The notes: generated by a model from the sequence alone, not told the origin. Positions 49,301 through 58,944 are shown, counted from the stretch's first letter. The stretch: 64,000 nucleotides of DNA from an uncultured Myxococcales bacterium (GCA_964458775.1 CAYWLQ010000004.1:15526-79525); one strand, 5' to 3'. Program-made: numbers and translations.

Positions 49301-49525
49301 GAAACATCTATTAACCCAGCTACAAATAATCCCTACGAGCTTTGTGATGACGGAAACAACAAGGGCGGCTATGGAGAGTGCGCACCGGGATGTGTTTTGG
49401 GACCGCGTTGCGGCGACGGAATAGTTCAGCCTCAATATGAAGAATGCGATGAAGGCGAAGCAAACGGGACTAACCAGGTTTTATGTACAGCTGCATGTAA
49501 GAATATTGTCATCGTTCCCGTCTGA
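46322..49525 (+). CDS. Giant secreted Cys-rich repeat / fibro-slime domain protein (tandem paralog)
   Basis: Same architecture as the upstream gene and about 70% identical by eye. It has stretches of near-identical DNA, for example around '[16 protein letters not shown]'. Confidence 0.8.
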   Translation: MTTIRFLNGLCCMKGFVLIIVSLFVFVATTSCEGGGPEIISGGDADADSDADGDTDREGDSVTPGDTSDKENNTDNSGDTAICAGPDAIGDPRCRMEPSGPACGDGEINQESETCDDGNTLPGDGCNGICRVEPNWQCPVPGEKCILLIVCGNGKIEPGEVCDDGNTIDDDGCNSTCTIQSANFICPTPGEKCQRVEFCGNGRIGGDETCEDGNTVSGDGCDENCKREEGWLCLIPGEKCVKKNVCGDGRLAVADGEICDDGNTVNGDGCSADCKSIEPGYVCPDPGRQCINTTLCGDGRVSGNETCDDANNDPSDGCDNCKIQTGYECPFPGAKCIPKCGDGLTILNEECDDKNTDNGDGCTSTCEWEDGFVCSGTPPDYVCRATKCGDGKAEGTEACDDGNNIPGDGCSPTCRWEPACSGGQCSSPCGDGLVVNEECDDGNTNDGDGCSSGCKIEDGFVCKQAPMGDSMMVPVVYRDFTTSHPDFEPSATGLSAAATGLVQDRLDADGKPVFAGVPGGAGLVTSASSFSQWYRDVTGVNATIVDTMTLYANGSGGFVNRWGTDGEQWASYKEVWCAPDNPDEITDPCVYIYNADDCDELRDQLVDCVVHGGAQWGVYIDQAYDGNPTFFPLDNHPDAITPLSEYSYAQIPPAYDTSESWPSDEGSHNFHFTSEVRYWFKYEADQVFTLDFTGDDDVWVFVNNRLAVDLGGIHTPVDGSLRLASAADGAKYDMEDGKVYEIVVFQAERQITSSTYKLTLSGFNSSESKCGPVCGDAILSPGEQCDNGKEQNVGGYGKCDPECTRGPYCGDGIVETTINPDNEMPYEQCDDGVNISPYGMKQTDGCSPGCVLPPYCGDSIVQGAFGETCDDGINDGSYGGCTSQCGLAPWCGDGNKQEEFDEECDDGLNDGTYNTCSPGCKLPPRCGDGILQIEWGEQCDSTDDCGPNCKFLGICGDGVVDDDEQCDDGMNIGGYGECAPGCVIGPHCGDGAVETSINPATNNPYELCDDGNNKGGYGECAPGCVLGPRCGDGIVQPQYEECDEGEANGTNQVLCTAACKNIVIVPV

Positions 49526-49814
49526 TAAACAGTTTCCCTATTAAAAGTCTTTTTCAGAACAAATAAGAATGAGGCCGATGGGTTAATCCCATAGTAAGAC
49601 TTAATCTCGGCGTGCGTTTAGGGAATGGGACAAATTCATGTTTTACATCGATTTGCCTAATTTGCTGCGTTTTGAGATGGATACTAATTGGGTCTGTAAC
49701 AGTTTTTGCGTTAATGCACGTTTATAAATATTAGCCTGTTAATATAAGACTCTCATGCTTGATAAAACCTCTGAAAGATATAATCTCTATTATTCAAGGA
49801 ACGAGGAGATGCTT

Positions 49815-51557
49815 ATGAATAAACAAGCTGAATTGTCAAATACACTAAAAGGACCGAAATGGATGGAGTCTTTTGCCGAAACCTGGACTGACGGTCGCAA
49901 ACGCATGTTCATTATGCACGGCAATGTATTTGATTTGGTTGAGTGTAAAAAAGTCGGTAATACAGAATATCTAACACTTCCAGAATTTATGGCGACGCGT
50001 GTTTTTGGCACTTTTGATTCAGTATTGTACTACGACCAGGTAAGAGGACCTCGAGTCATTGCACAATCAAAAACGAGACTTGAAAAAATAAATAGACATA
50101 TAGACCGATTTATCGGTCCATCCGAAAAGCTTCGCGATCTTAAACAATTGGGGTCTGTTTTTGAAATGTTAGACCGTTATTTGGAGCTGGCTTTGTTGCA
50201 TGACAACGATAAACCTTCCATAGCTTTGATTTTTGATTATGCACAATTTATGGCACCGGCATCCGGAGTATCACAAACTTCCAAAGAAACAGGAGCTGTC
50301 TTGGCTACCCTCCTAAACTGGGCCAGAAGTCCTTATTTTAAAAATGTTTCATTTGCCTTTTGTCTTATTTCAGAAAAACTAAGCGATCTTCATGATTCTC
50401 TTACGCGCTCAGTTCATACAGCCAGAATAGAAATTCCGTTTCCCGAAAAGGAGGATAGAATAGCTTTTATAACTCATACCATAGCAAATGTGGATTTTGC
50501 TGCTTTCTCAGAAATTGACGAATCATCTTTGGCGGGCCTCAGTGCAGGAATGACTTTGGTCCACTTACAGGGGTTGTTGCAAAGAGCTTTTTCAGGCAAA
50601 CGTAAAATTACACTTAAAGACCTCAAAAAATATAAAAAAGAAATGATAGAAGGTGAATGCCAGGGATTAATAGAATTTATCGAACCCTCTTGTACCTTGG
50701 ATTTGGTTGTAGGCCAGAACGAAGCAAAAATACGTTTGCAAGAGGACGCAGAGCTTATGGCATGCGGTCGACTTGATGCCGTACCTATGGGATATCTATT
50801 TTGCGGCCCGGTGGGAACAGGCAAAACCTTCTTGGCAGAATGCTATGCCGGATCTGTAGGTATTCCGTGTATAAAGCTGTTAAATTTTCGCTCAAAATAT
50901 GTGGGAGAGACCGAAGGTAATCTGGAAAAAGTGTTAAAAGTGTTGAGAGTTATGGGTCCGGTGGCCGTTGTTATAGATGAAGCTGATGCAATGTTGGGAG
51001 ACCGCAAAGGCGGCTCTGATAGCGGAACCTCAAGTCGCGTTTTCGGTTTGTTTGCAAGCCAAATGGGCAATACTGCATACAGAGGAAAGATTGTTTGGTT
51101 TTTGCTGACCTGCCGCCCTGATCTTTTGCCGATTGATCTAAAAAGACAAGGTAGATGTGAAGTGCACATTCCGCTCTTTTATCCTGAAACCGAAGCCGAT
51201 ATTCAGGAAATGTTTGTGGTAATGGGAAAGAAAAACAAAATTGTGATCGACCTTGACGAAATTCCAAAGATTCCCTCAAAAGTATCTCTATCGGGTGCTG
51301 ATATTGAGGGAATAGTAATGAGAGCAAAACGTGCCTCTTTGCTACAAAAGGCCGAAGATGTTACAAAAGAGCATTTGGAAGCTGCTATCAGAGACTTTGT
51401 TCCTTCTGCCGAAACAGCTGAAAAAGATTTGCAGATTGCAGCAGCAATTATTGAATCTACTAGTATAAAATTTCTTCCCGATAGTGTTTTATCTGATCCA
51501 AACTGGAGAGATGTCGCTCATGAAAAATATAGGATACTAAAACCGACATTGACTTAG
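49815..51557 (+). CDS. AAA+ ATPase with uncharacterised N-terminal domain
   Basis: Walker A 'CGPVGTGKTFLAECYAG'. Walker B 'VVIDEADAML'. The ATG at 49815 follows a GAGGAG RBS. The track start is 49755. Confidence 0.65.
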   Translation: MNKQAELSNTLKGPKWMESFAETWTDGRKRMFIMHGNVFDLVECKKVGNTEYLTLPEFMATRVFGTFDSVLYYDQVRGPRVIAQSKTRLEKINRHIDRFIGPSEKLRDLKQLGSVFEMLDRYLELALLHDNDKPSIALIFDYAQFMAPASGVSQTSKETGAVLATLLNWARSPYFKNVSFAFCLISEKLSDLHDSLTRSVHTARIEIPFPEKEDRIAFITHTIANVDFAAFSEIDESSLAGLSAGMTLVHLQGLLQRAFSGKRKITLKDLKKYKKEMIEGECQGLIEFIEPSCTLDLVVGQNEAKIRLQEDAELMACGRLDAVPMGYLFCGPVGTGKTFLAECYAGSVGIPCIKLLNFRSKYVGETEGNLEKVLKVLRVMGPVAVVIDEADAMLGDRKGGSDSGTSSRVFGLFASQMGNTAYRGKIVWFLLTCRPDLLPIDLKRQGRCEVHIPLFYPETEADIQEMFVVMGKKNKIVIDLDEIPKIPSKVSLSGADIEGIVMRAKRASLLQKAEDVTKEHLEAAIRDFVPSAETAEKDLQIAAAIIESTSIKFLPDSVLSDPNWRDVAHEKYRILKPTLT

Positions 51558-51650
51558 GAATAAAATCTGCCAAAAAATATTGCCGAAAACTTGATTTTCA
51601 CTGTTTCTGCATACACTATCCTACATGTAAGGTATGTAGGAGCGACAACA

Positions 51651-52295
51651 ATGGAAGACCTAAGCAGATACACTAAAAAGAAAAGCATCGAAATTGAAAC
51701 AAAGTACATATCTTTTCTGGCAACAGTTTTCATAGCGCTGATCGGATTGGTCTTTGCTCTTGGGGTTCTAATAGGAAGCAAAAGCCAAAAGGTCGACACA
51801 AAATCTAAGTATGATGCTCTTGAAACGTTGGATAAGAGTTCAGGTGAACCTCCCATATCTTCTGTTGAAACCTCAAAATTCTCATTTCATGATACACTAA
51901 AAAGACCGCCGCCTTCTGTTCCGACTCCGGCATCTCTGTTGCTTTCCAATGAAGAGAATGAAAATGACTCTCAAAATACAATTACTGCAACAAACTTTAG
52001 ACCGCGAGCTGAAGAGCCGCCTATTGTAGAAAATCTAGGTGCTGACGAACCCGGTTTTTATTCTTTGCAAGTAGGATCGTTTCAAGAAAAATCAGATGCC
52101 GACGAAATGATAAGAAAGCTTGGTAAAGCCGGCTACAACGCTTTTATGGTAAGCGTAACTATGCCGAACAGAGGAGGAGTCTGGTATCGAGTAAGAGTCG
52201 GTCCCTATAAGGATCGCCAGGAAATTTGGAACAAGAAAAAAGAATTCGAAGAAAAAGAACGAATACCTGCCTTTATTGTTAAACGCAAAGTCTGA
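51651..52295 (+). CDS. SPOR-domain (peptidoglycan-binding) membrane protein
   Basis: TM 'ISFLATVFIALIGLVFALGVLIG'. C-terminal SPOR-like 'FYSLQVGSFQEKSDADEMIRKLGKAGYNAFMV...VWYRVRVGPYKDRQEI'. The ATG at 51651 follows an AGGAG RBS. Confidence 0.65.
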   Translation: MEDLSRYTKKKSIEIETKYISFLATVFIALIGLVFALGVLIGSKSQKVDTKSKYDALETLDKSSGEPPISSVETSKFSFHDTLKRPPPSVPTPASLLLSNEENENDSQNTITATNFRPRAEEPPIVENLGADEPGFYSLQVGSFQEKSDADEMIRKLGKAGYNAFMVSVTMPNRGGVWYRVRVGPYKDRQEIWNKKKEFEEKERIPAFIVKRKV

Positions 52296-52318
52296 GCAAA
52301 TTCAATTTTACTGAATAT

Positions 52319-53329
52319 CTATAAAGGTTTAACGGGAATACAAAGTTCAGCCACGCATTTTTTTTCCGGATGTTTATTGCAATCGTTTAAGTATATTTCA
52401 AAAGATAATCTGTCATCAAATTGATATCCGCTTTCCGGCAGCCATCCTCCAATCAACATGTCCCATGCATCCGAATATTGGTTTTGCAAAAGCTCAAATC
52501 GGGCGACAGCAAACTTTCCGCCGGGAATTACCATCGTTCCGATATCTGCATCAACCTTGGTTCCCTCGGGAACAGAAATGCAAGCATCTGTTCGAAGCTT
52601 ATCTTCTTCACAAATCGAGGGGTCATCATGATACACAGACATAACCTCAGTATTCGGCCCGATTAGCCCTCTTGAGCCTGCATAGGAATAAAGTTTTTTG
52701 AATAGTTCTTCAAATACTTGAGAGAGTCCGGCATAGGGACCGACATGTCGTACATAAATCACATTTTTGGGGTTCAAGTCCTTTACAGTTACGGTTGCGG
52801 TTAGTTTGTTTTTCAGCATTGTCTCATTCATTTCAATCCTCCATGTAGGTATCGAAGTTGTCATGAGACCGTTATGCAAAATTGAGATGCCTTCGGCTTT
52901 CCCCATGTTGCGATATGCTTGACCGATTTTGCGTTCTACTTTGCATTTATTGCGTTCATCCTCAGGCATATTCTGCCATTCAATAGCAGTAACGCCGAAT
53001 ATCTCCTTAAAAGTTCGAGCAAAAACCGAAGGGCTCGAAAATCCGCAATCAAGAGCAATCTCGGTTACAGTTTTTCCGGGATTGACAAGAAGCTGACTTG
53101 CCGCCCTCTCCGTTCTAAGTCTTCGTACAAAAATATTTAAAGTTTCTCCAGTCGTAGCGGCAAAAATACGATGAAAATGAAATGAAGAAAAACATGCAAC
53201 CTTAGCAAGTACCTCCAGTGACAAGTCTTCATCAATATGTCTCTCTATATAATCCATTACTCTATTAATTCGTGCGACATACTCAGCTCGCTGTTGCTTG
53301 TTTTTTTGATTTAGATAATTCGAATCCAC
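52319..53329 (-). CDS. AraC-family transcriptional regulator with GyrI-like effector-binding C-terminal domain
   Basis: AraC HTH 'LEVLAKVACFSSFHFHRIFAATTGETLNIFVRRLRTERAASQLL...ITEIALDCGFSSPSVFARTFKEIFG'. The C-terminal about 150 aa are GyrI-like. Confidence 0.7.
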   Translation of the reverse strand: MDSNYLNQKNKQQRAEYVARINRVMDYIERHIDEDLSLEVLAKVACFSSFHFHRIFAATTGETLNIFVRRLRTERAASQLLVNPGKTVTEIALDCGFSSPSVFARTFKEIFGVTAIEWQNMPEDERNKCKVERKIGQAYRNMGKAEGISILHNGLMTTSIPTWRIEMNETMLKNKLTATVTVKDLNPKNVIYVRHVGPYAGLSQVFEELFKKLYSYAGSRGLIGPNTEVMSVYHDDPSICEEDKLRTDACISVPEGTKVDADIGTMVIPGGKFAVARFELLQNQYSDAWDMLIGGWLPESGYQFDDRLSFEIYLNDCNKHPEKKCVAELCIPVKPL

Positions 53330-53370
53330 AAATCACCTCAAATTCCAGCAATTTTTAATTAAACAGACTA

Positions 53371-53832
53371 TTATAGATTCGGCTCGAAGGTTCTTAGCGC
53401 TGCAGAAATCTCAGCTTCAACTTTTTGATATCTATCAAAAGGTCCTGCAGCTTCCACTATTACTATGACATCATTTACAACAAAGATCGTTTGCGAAAAT
53501 GTCCAATCCTCAGTTCCGTAAGGCAGTACAAAAGTAACGGTACAACCGTCTTGTCGGTTTTTTGTTTTAAAGCATTCCTTTGTCTTTTTTAGATAGCCTC
53601 GCTCAATAAGATGCTTTTCCATAGCATCTGTCCAAAATTGCAAACTTCCCTTCGGATAATTATCGGTTTGTCTGGCTTTCAGCATTACTCCGTCAGCTGT
53701 AATCATTTTAAAATCTCTACTCTTTTCATATTTTTTAAATGACTGAGGTGTTTCCATGGTATACGGAGGCTTGCATGAGACAACAGACAAAACTATGATT
53801 GAAAGTGTTAACGTTAATACTTTTTTATACAT
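53371..53832 (-). CDS. Hypothetical lipoprotein
   Basis: Lipobox 'IVLSVVSC'. 153 aa. Confidence 0.45.
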   Translation of the reverse strand: MYKKVLTLTLSIIVLSVVSCKPPYTMETPQSFKKYEKSRDFKMITADGVMLKARQTDNYPKGSLQFWTDAMEKHLIERGYLKKTKECFKTKNRQDGCTVTFVLPYGTEDWTFSQTIFVVNDVIVIVEAAGPFDRYQKVEAEISAALRTFEPNL

Positions 53833-53834
53833 AA

Positions 53835-54611
53835 CTAGAATCCCTCCACAAAACTTCCGAGGTCAATTGAGTTGAGCCATTCAAATGTTGAACGAATATA
53901 AACAATTCGATCTCTTTCACGAAAATCAAACGAAATCTCTGCTACCGCAAAAGATGAACGGTCAGTTAATACTCTAAGATTTCCTTTAAATCGTTCTATT
54001 TCGAGTACAAGATCTGTCATCGTTCTTTCAATATCAATTGTTGATGCAACATCAGCGTCATCCAAAAATTTACGTGTTCGCTCTAAAATATCCTCCCTAG
54101 ATTTTATTCGCCCCTTTAGTTCTGCTATTCTCAAAGTCAAATCCTCACTACTAAGATTTTTTTCTAATAGTATTCCAAAGTCTGCAATTTGATCTGCAAA
54201 AGAGGAAAGCTGTTCCGGCGGTAACTTAACTTTAATGGAGCCTTTAGCAAAATGAACCAGAAAGCCTCCAAAGCTCTTTGCTGATTGTTCTATTTGTGTT
54301 CTTGCTTCGTCAGGACTAAGAACTTTCATCGTTGCCCGCCAAACCATTGCTTTTTGTCCAAAATGTAGAGAAGAATTTTTATTTTCAGTGTTAACGTTAA
54401 GAGAATCGGTTTCCACCGACGATTTAGCTGCTTTACCGGGCACATCAGATGTAACAGAAGCATCGCTACTTGATATTGCATCAGTTTTTTGTGACTTGTC
54501 AGATGTTAACTCTTTGGATATTTCAGGTTTAATACTTTCCGCAGAAAACGATTCGGTTGTATTTATCGATATATAAGTAAAAATAGTTGCTAAAAAAATT
54601 AACGCTTTCAT
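53835..54611 (-). CDS. Secreted coiled-coil protein, DUF4349-like
   Basis: Signal peptide, then 'MVWRATMKVLSPDEARTQIEQSAKSFGGFLV' and a C-terminal coiled-coil. It is homologous to the upstream 438-aa protein. Confidence 0.45.
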   Translation of the reverse strand: MKALIFLATIFTYISINTTESFSAESIKPEISKELTSDKSQKTDAISSSDASVTSDVPGKAAKSSVETDSLNVNTENKNSSLHFGQKAMVWRATMKVLSPDEARTQIEQSAKSFGGFLVHFAKGSIKVKLPPEQLSSFADQIADFGILLEKNLSSEDLTLRIAELKGRIKSREDILERTRKFLDDADVASTIDIERTMTDLVLEIERFKGNLRVLTDRSSFAVAEISFDFRERDRIVYIRSTFEWLNSIDLGSFVEGF

Positions 54612-55897
54612 TATATTACCTCCACAGATTTCAGCATTTCTATTATCGACGGATAATGCAAGTTCTTGGAATCAACGTTTGGGAAAAACGCTTCTACGAC
54701 ATAAATCTTTAAATCTGAGGTGTGAACAGCAATCAAATAGAATCTTGGATTGATATCTCTATTTTCATAAAGTCGATATACAAATGAGCCCTGTTTTCCT
54801 TTGTCAACAAGGTTTTCCTGCCTTGATGCCATCTCAAAATCTATGGCGTTACTCCAAAATTCGTTGTTTCCGCTGGGCTCGTTTTCGACAACCGAAGCTC
54901 TTATAATAGAAGTATCAGCAGATTGAGCCTTAAATGCGTCTTCTTTGTCAAACAGTACAAAACCTTTGGGTAACTTAATAAGAAAGGATTTCTTGTCTTT
55001 TCTAGATGAATCAATGGTTTGCAAATGAGGTTTTAAACCTCTCACCCAAGGAAACGGCGACAATCCTCTATCTATATTGTCGACTTCCAAGACGGGAACA
55101 AGTTCAATTGTTATCGTAAAAAAATCCGTTAGGTTTTTTATTGCCGCTAAGCTTGCATCAATGGTGTCAATAAGTTCTGAAAGTCGTTTTATTTCGTTTA
55201 ATATACGTAGTCGCTCTGTTGTATTCGGTGTTTTCTTTAGAAGCAATGTAAGGCGTTCTCTTGCCTGCAAAGCAACATCCAATCTGGCTCGCAAGTCAGT
55301 AAATTGTTCTGTTACATCCTCCGCTTGAACCCATTTATCCAAGAGATCTCCTAATGCTGATAGCTCTTTCATTGCTTCTTCAAACTTTTTGCCTGGAATT
55401 CTAACAATAACAACTGAGCCCGTTAACGCTTCAATATAGCCGCCTCTTTTGTTTACAAACGCAGTTATTTGGTCTTGAGCTTCAATTATACGTCTTACTC
55501 TCAGTTGCAGGTATCCTGTATATATTACCATTGGGTCTGCGTGCTCAACCTTAACTTCATTTGTAAGAGGTGCCGTAGATACTGAAGCAGAGGACTCAAC
55601 GCTATCACTTACAGTCGGGTAAACAGAATCTACCCCTTGTCCTGCTCCGCCTGTATTCCCTGACCTGCTATCTGCTTCCGGCATTTTTTTTGCGGAATAG
55701 TCGTTATAACTGTAACTCTCCTCCATGACGGCACTTGCTGATTCCGGCGGGTAAGCATAGTTGTCATAGTCTGCATTTCCTGCTTTCATTGATGAAGGGG
55801 GAGCAGGCGGTTCTCCATATGCCTTATCTCTGTTAGATAATGAAGCTCCGCAACCCAAAACCATAATTGATATTACCCCCCAAAACAATATTCTCAT
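54611..55897 (-). CDS. DUF4349-like lipoprotein with low-complexity N-terminal linker and extra C-terminal domain
   Basis: Lipobox 'IMVLGCGAS'. Also 'MVIYTGYLQLRVRRIIEAQDQITAFVNKRGGYIEAL'. It is a paralog of the downstream gene. Confidence 0.45.
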   Translation of the reverse strand: MRILFWGVISIMVLGCGASLSNRDKAYGEPPAPPSSMKAGNADYDNYAYPPESASAVMEESYSYNDYSAKKMPEADSRSGNTGGAGQGVDSVYPTVSDSVESSASVSTAPLTNEVKVEHADPMVIYTGYLQLRVRRIIEAQDQITAFVNKRGGYIEALTGSVVIVRIPGKKFEEAMKELSALGDLLDKWVQAEDVTEQFTDLRARLDVALQARERLTLLLKKTPNTTERLRILNEIKRLSELIDTIDASLAAIKNLTDFFTITIELVPVLEVDNIDRGLSPFPWVRGLKPHLQTIDSSRKDKKSFLIKLPKGFVLFDKEDAFKAQSADTSIIRASVVENEPSGNNEFWSNAIDFEMASRQENLVDKGKQGSFVYRLYENRDINPRFYLIAVHTSDLKIYVVEAFFPNVDSKNLHYPSIIEMLKSVEVI

Positions 55898-55959
55898 GTC
55901 GCTTCTCCTATTCAACGGTTCTTTCATTGTATAGCATCTTGCAATAAATACCTATGCTA

Positions 55960-58047
55960 TTATCTTTCTATTCCTGTATCTTCTACTGCAGGAAGAACCA
56001 CTGTAAAAACAGCACCTTGTCCGAGAGTACTTTGTACTTCAATTTCTCCTCCTGCATCTCTAATGATACGTAAAGAAATTGACAATCCCAATCCTGACCC
56101 GCTTTCTTTGGTAGTATAAAATGGAATAAAAATGTTTTCTATTACCTTTGGCGGAAAACCTGTTCCGTTATCAGCAAACCTTATTTCAACAAATCTATTG
56201 TCAATATTTTTTTCAGCAATGATCAACTGAGGACGAACGGTTCTGACACGAGTAGAAATAATAATTCTCTTCTCGGTTTGATCTGCTGCCGCTTGTACTC
56301 CGTTAAGCATTAGATTTAAAAAAACTTGATGCAGTCGTTCTCCGTCAACTTTAACCAAGGGCAATTCTTTCGCAAGGTCGGTCTCAATAACAGCATCCGT
56401 ATCGAGTCTTGTTCTAAATACTGATACACTACGATTGATAATCTGATTTACATCCAATATTGAAGGTTTTCCCGAAGTCGGTCTGGCATAAGCTAAAAAG
56501 TCTGCAACCACACGATCCAGTCGATCTACTTCTTCGACCACCACATCAAGAAGATCTCTGTAAGCTTCAGGGTCTACACCCTTTAACACCATTTCATCAA
56601 CCACCTGCGCTGCACCCTTTATTGATCCCAAGGGATTTCGTATTTCGTGTGCCAATCCCGCCGCCATTCTGCCCAAAGCTGCCAATCGGTCTCGCTCCTT
56701 GGCTTGTTGATACAAACGCGAATTTTCAACTGTTATCGCTAATTGACCTGCAAGTCCTCTCAACAAATCTACATCTTCGGGCGAAAAAGGATCTTTTTTT
56801 CGCTCATCTCGCATAGTCAATAATCCTATTGGTTGGTCTTCGCCTTCAACTACCAATAAAACATCTGATTGCAACGCTCCCATTAAATCGATGGTTTCTC
56901 TAATATCCCGAGCCTTTTCTCTAAGTCCGGCCTGAAGCAGACGTTCTCTATAAGCAGATAATGCGGCAGCGGATAGCGCACCGTGAGTAACATATGGAAG
57001 AATGTGCATACGTACTGTAGCCGTATCAATACTGTCAAGATTTGCAGGGGGACCTACAGAAACCCTAAGGTCATATCCGCGGCCGTGAGCGTCAATCAGA
57101 AACAAGCCGGCGTGTGTAATGCGTTTTGAATGTTCTAAAGCATACTTTAAAACCTCTATCATAGCCTCCATATCAATAACGTGAGCCAGCTTTTTTCGAA
57201 GTGATGAAAATGCCCCTTCTAATTCGTATCGCTCGCGAAAGAAAAACTCTGCTATTTTTTGTTCTACAAGATCCCTAAGAGGATTGAGCAAAATTAGAAT
57301 TACAAGAGAAGCCAAAAATGCATTGACAGAAAATCCCGTTTCAACCCACGAAACCATGGCCGCATAAATAGCGGCAAGCGCTATACCCATAAGAAAAAGC
57401 ACTGCAAAACGACCCATTGTTTCGTGCAAATCCAAAATTCTATACAACACAAGAGTTTGTGAAATTACGTAAAGATAAATAACAGTCATCGCAAGACCGA
57501 TGGGAGGAAGATCAATTGCAAACACATGGTCCAAACGGTCGATTACCTGGAAAAACAAAGTTAAAAGTCCAAGAGTAACCAAATATCTAATTCGAGCTGC
57601 ATCAATTCTTGTCGGCGCTTCTTTGGCTCGTACATTTAAATTAAGAATCGCCGCCAACATAAAACCTACAACATAGGCAAGAACAGCAGGCCCCACAGCC
57701 GGGCGAGGCGCCGTCGGATGTAGAACAGCGACAAGCAAAATAAAACCCAAAACCGCTGCAATGCCTCCAAGTCTGCCCATGCCTCTGGCTCCGCTCGAAA
57801 AAGCACGAAAAAATCGAAGACCGCCTTGCGGAATAAGAACTGCTACAACCAGGGCAATACGCTCAAACCAGGGTTCCCCTCTCCAGTCGTAGAGAAAGGA
57901 AAAGAAATAATAAACCGTGATGTTTCCGCAAAACAAAATGAAGAGTTTTTGTCGTAAATCTTTTTTTCTGCGTAATAAAATAGAAATCGTAATTGCCAGA
58001 GGCAATATCCAACCGAGCAGAGTACTTTGTACACGAGTCTCATCCAT
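55960..58047 (-). CDS. Sensor histidine kinase: polytopic membrane N-terminal domain, GAF, HisKA, HATPase_c
   Basis: Eight or more hydrophobic segments at the N-terminus. H-box 'LGRMAAGLAHEIRNPL'. ATPase 'LNLMLNGVQA', 'DNGTGF', 'GSGLGLS'. Confidence 0.8.
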   Translation of the reverse strand: MDETRVQSTLLGWILPLAITISILLRRKKDLRQKLFILFCGNITVYYFFSFLYDWRGEPWFERIALVVAVLIPQGGLRFFRAFSSGARGMGRLGGIAAVLGFILLVAVLHPTAPRPAVGPAVLAYVVGFMLAAILNLNVRAKEAPTRIDAARIRYLVTLGLLTLFFQVIDRLDHVFAIDLPPIGLAMTVIYLYVISQTLVLYRILDLHETMGRFAVLFLMGIALAAIYAAMVSWVETGFSVNAFLASLVILILLNPLRDLVEQKIAEFFFRERYELEGAFSSLRKKLAHVIDMEAMIEVLKYALEHSKRITHAGLFLIDAHGRGYDLRVSVGPPANLDSIDTATVRMHILPYVTHGALSAAALSAYRERLLQAGLREKARDIRETIDLMGALQSDVLLVVEGEDQPIGLLTMRDERKKDPFSPEDVDLLRGLAGQLAITVENSRLYQQAKERDRLAALGRMAAGLAHEIRNPLGSIKGAAQVVDEMVLKGVDPEAYRDLLDVVVEEVDRLDRVVADFLAYARPTSGKPSILDVNQIINRSVSVFRTRLDTDAVIETDLAKELPLVKVDGERLHQVFLNLMLNGVQAAADQTEKRIIISTRVRTVRPQLIIAEKNIDNRFVEIRFADNGTGFPPKVIENIFIPFYTTKESGSGLGLSISLRIIRDAGGEIEVQSTLGQGAVFTVVLPAVEDTGIER

Positions 58048-58189
58048 CAGAGCAGTAGAATAAAACGATTCTTAATATGAAACAGCATTTTTCTTTTATT
58101 AACAGACCTTACATATGAATTGGATAGTGACAAGAAAGTGCGGGATAGTAGTATTTAGAACACTGCTTACCAAATCAAAAAGCAAAAGA

Positions 58190-58939
58190 TTATATTTTCA
58201 TGTTGGCGATAATAGATAGAATTCTTTCTTGGGATAGATCTGAGGAAAAGGCGTAGGCCATATCTCCATTTAATAATACTGCTACATTGAAGCCGTTTCT
58301 TCTTCCCAGCAACACATCTTTGTCATTTACTTTTACTTGTCGACCTCCTTCAAAGGAGGTGTCTTTTCGATTAAAAATCATCAGCGTAACTCTATGTCCG
58401 TCAACATTGTAAGACATATGAGCTGCTTGATGCTCTCTAACATTTGAAAGCCTGGCACCTTCAAAACTTGCCTGTCTCAGGTTAAGGCTGGGTGCGTGCA
58501 CCGGAAAATCTACTTTACCTCTAAACCATGATGCCGCTTTTATCGGATCTGCGTCTGTTACCTCCATCGGAAGTTCAACCGCATGCCTGGCAACCAAATC
58601 GCCTACTACTTCTTCTATATTTTCTCCTTTTTTGCCTGCGCCGGGTAAAGCGAAAAACAGCAAAAAGGATGCAGCGGCGGCCATCGGAAAAGCAACAGCG
58701 GCAACTGTTCTCCAATTTGTACTATTTCCCCTTAATTTCTCAATTCTTCGCCGCAGATGTTCCGGAGCTTTTATGTCTCTAAATTTTGACAGCTCTATTA
58801 TTAATCTTCTCTTAACAAGAACTAAAGACTGACAGCTGTCACATGCCTCCAAATGACTTTCAACTTCCAGCATGCGACTCGGTTCCAGTTCGCCGTCCAC
58901 ATACGCGTCGAGATACTTTCGATTCTCTTTGCAGTTCAT
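58190..58939 (-). CDS. Anti-sigma factor, zinc-binding (ZAS-like HxxxCxxC) with TM segment
   Basis: 'HLEACDSCQ'. TM 'VAAVAFPMAAAASFLLFFALP'. Its start is 6 nt after the ECF sigma stop. Confidence 0.55.
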   Translation of the reverse strand: MNCKENRKYLDAYVDGELEPSRMLEVESHLEACDSCQSLVLVKRRLIIELSKFRDIKAPEHLRRRIEKLRGNSTNWRTVAAVAFPMAAAASFLLFFALPGAGKKGENIEEVVGDLVARHAVELPMEVTDADPIKAASWFRGKVDFPVHAPSLNLRQASFEGARLSNVREHQAAHMSYNVDGHRVTLMIFNRKDTSFEGGRQVKVNDKDVLLGRRNGFNVAVLLNGDMAYAFSSDLSQERILSIIANMKI

Positions 58940-58944
58940 GGGTA

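Noticed and set aside
49525-49755. ATGGG-ttaat-CCCAT palindrome and surrounding 230-bp gap as a small RNA
   Set aside because: The stem is only 5 bp and lacks a terminator T-run. No promoter is evident.
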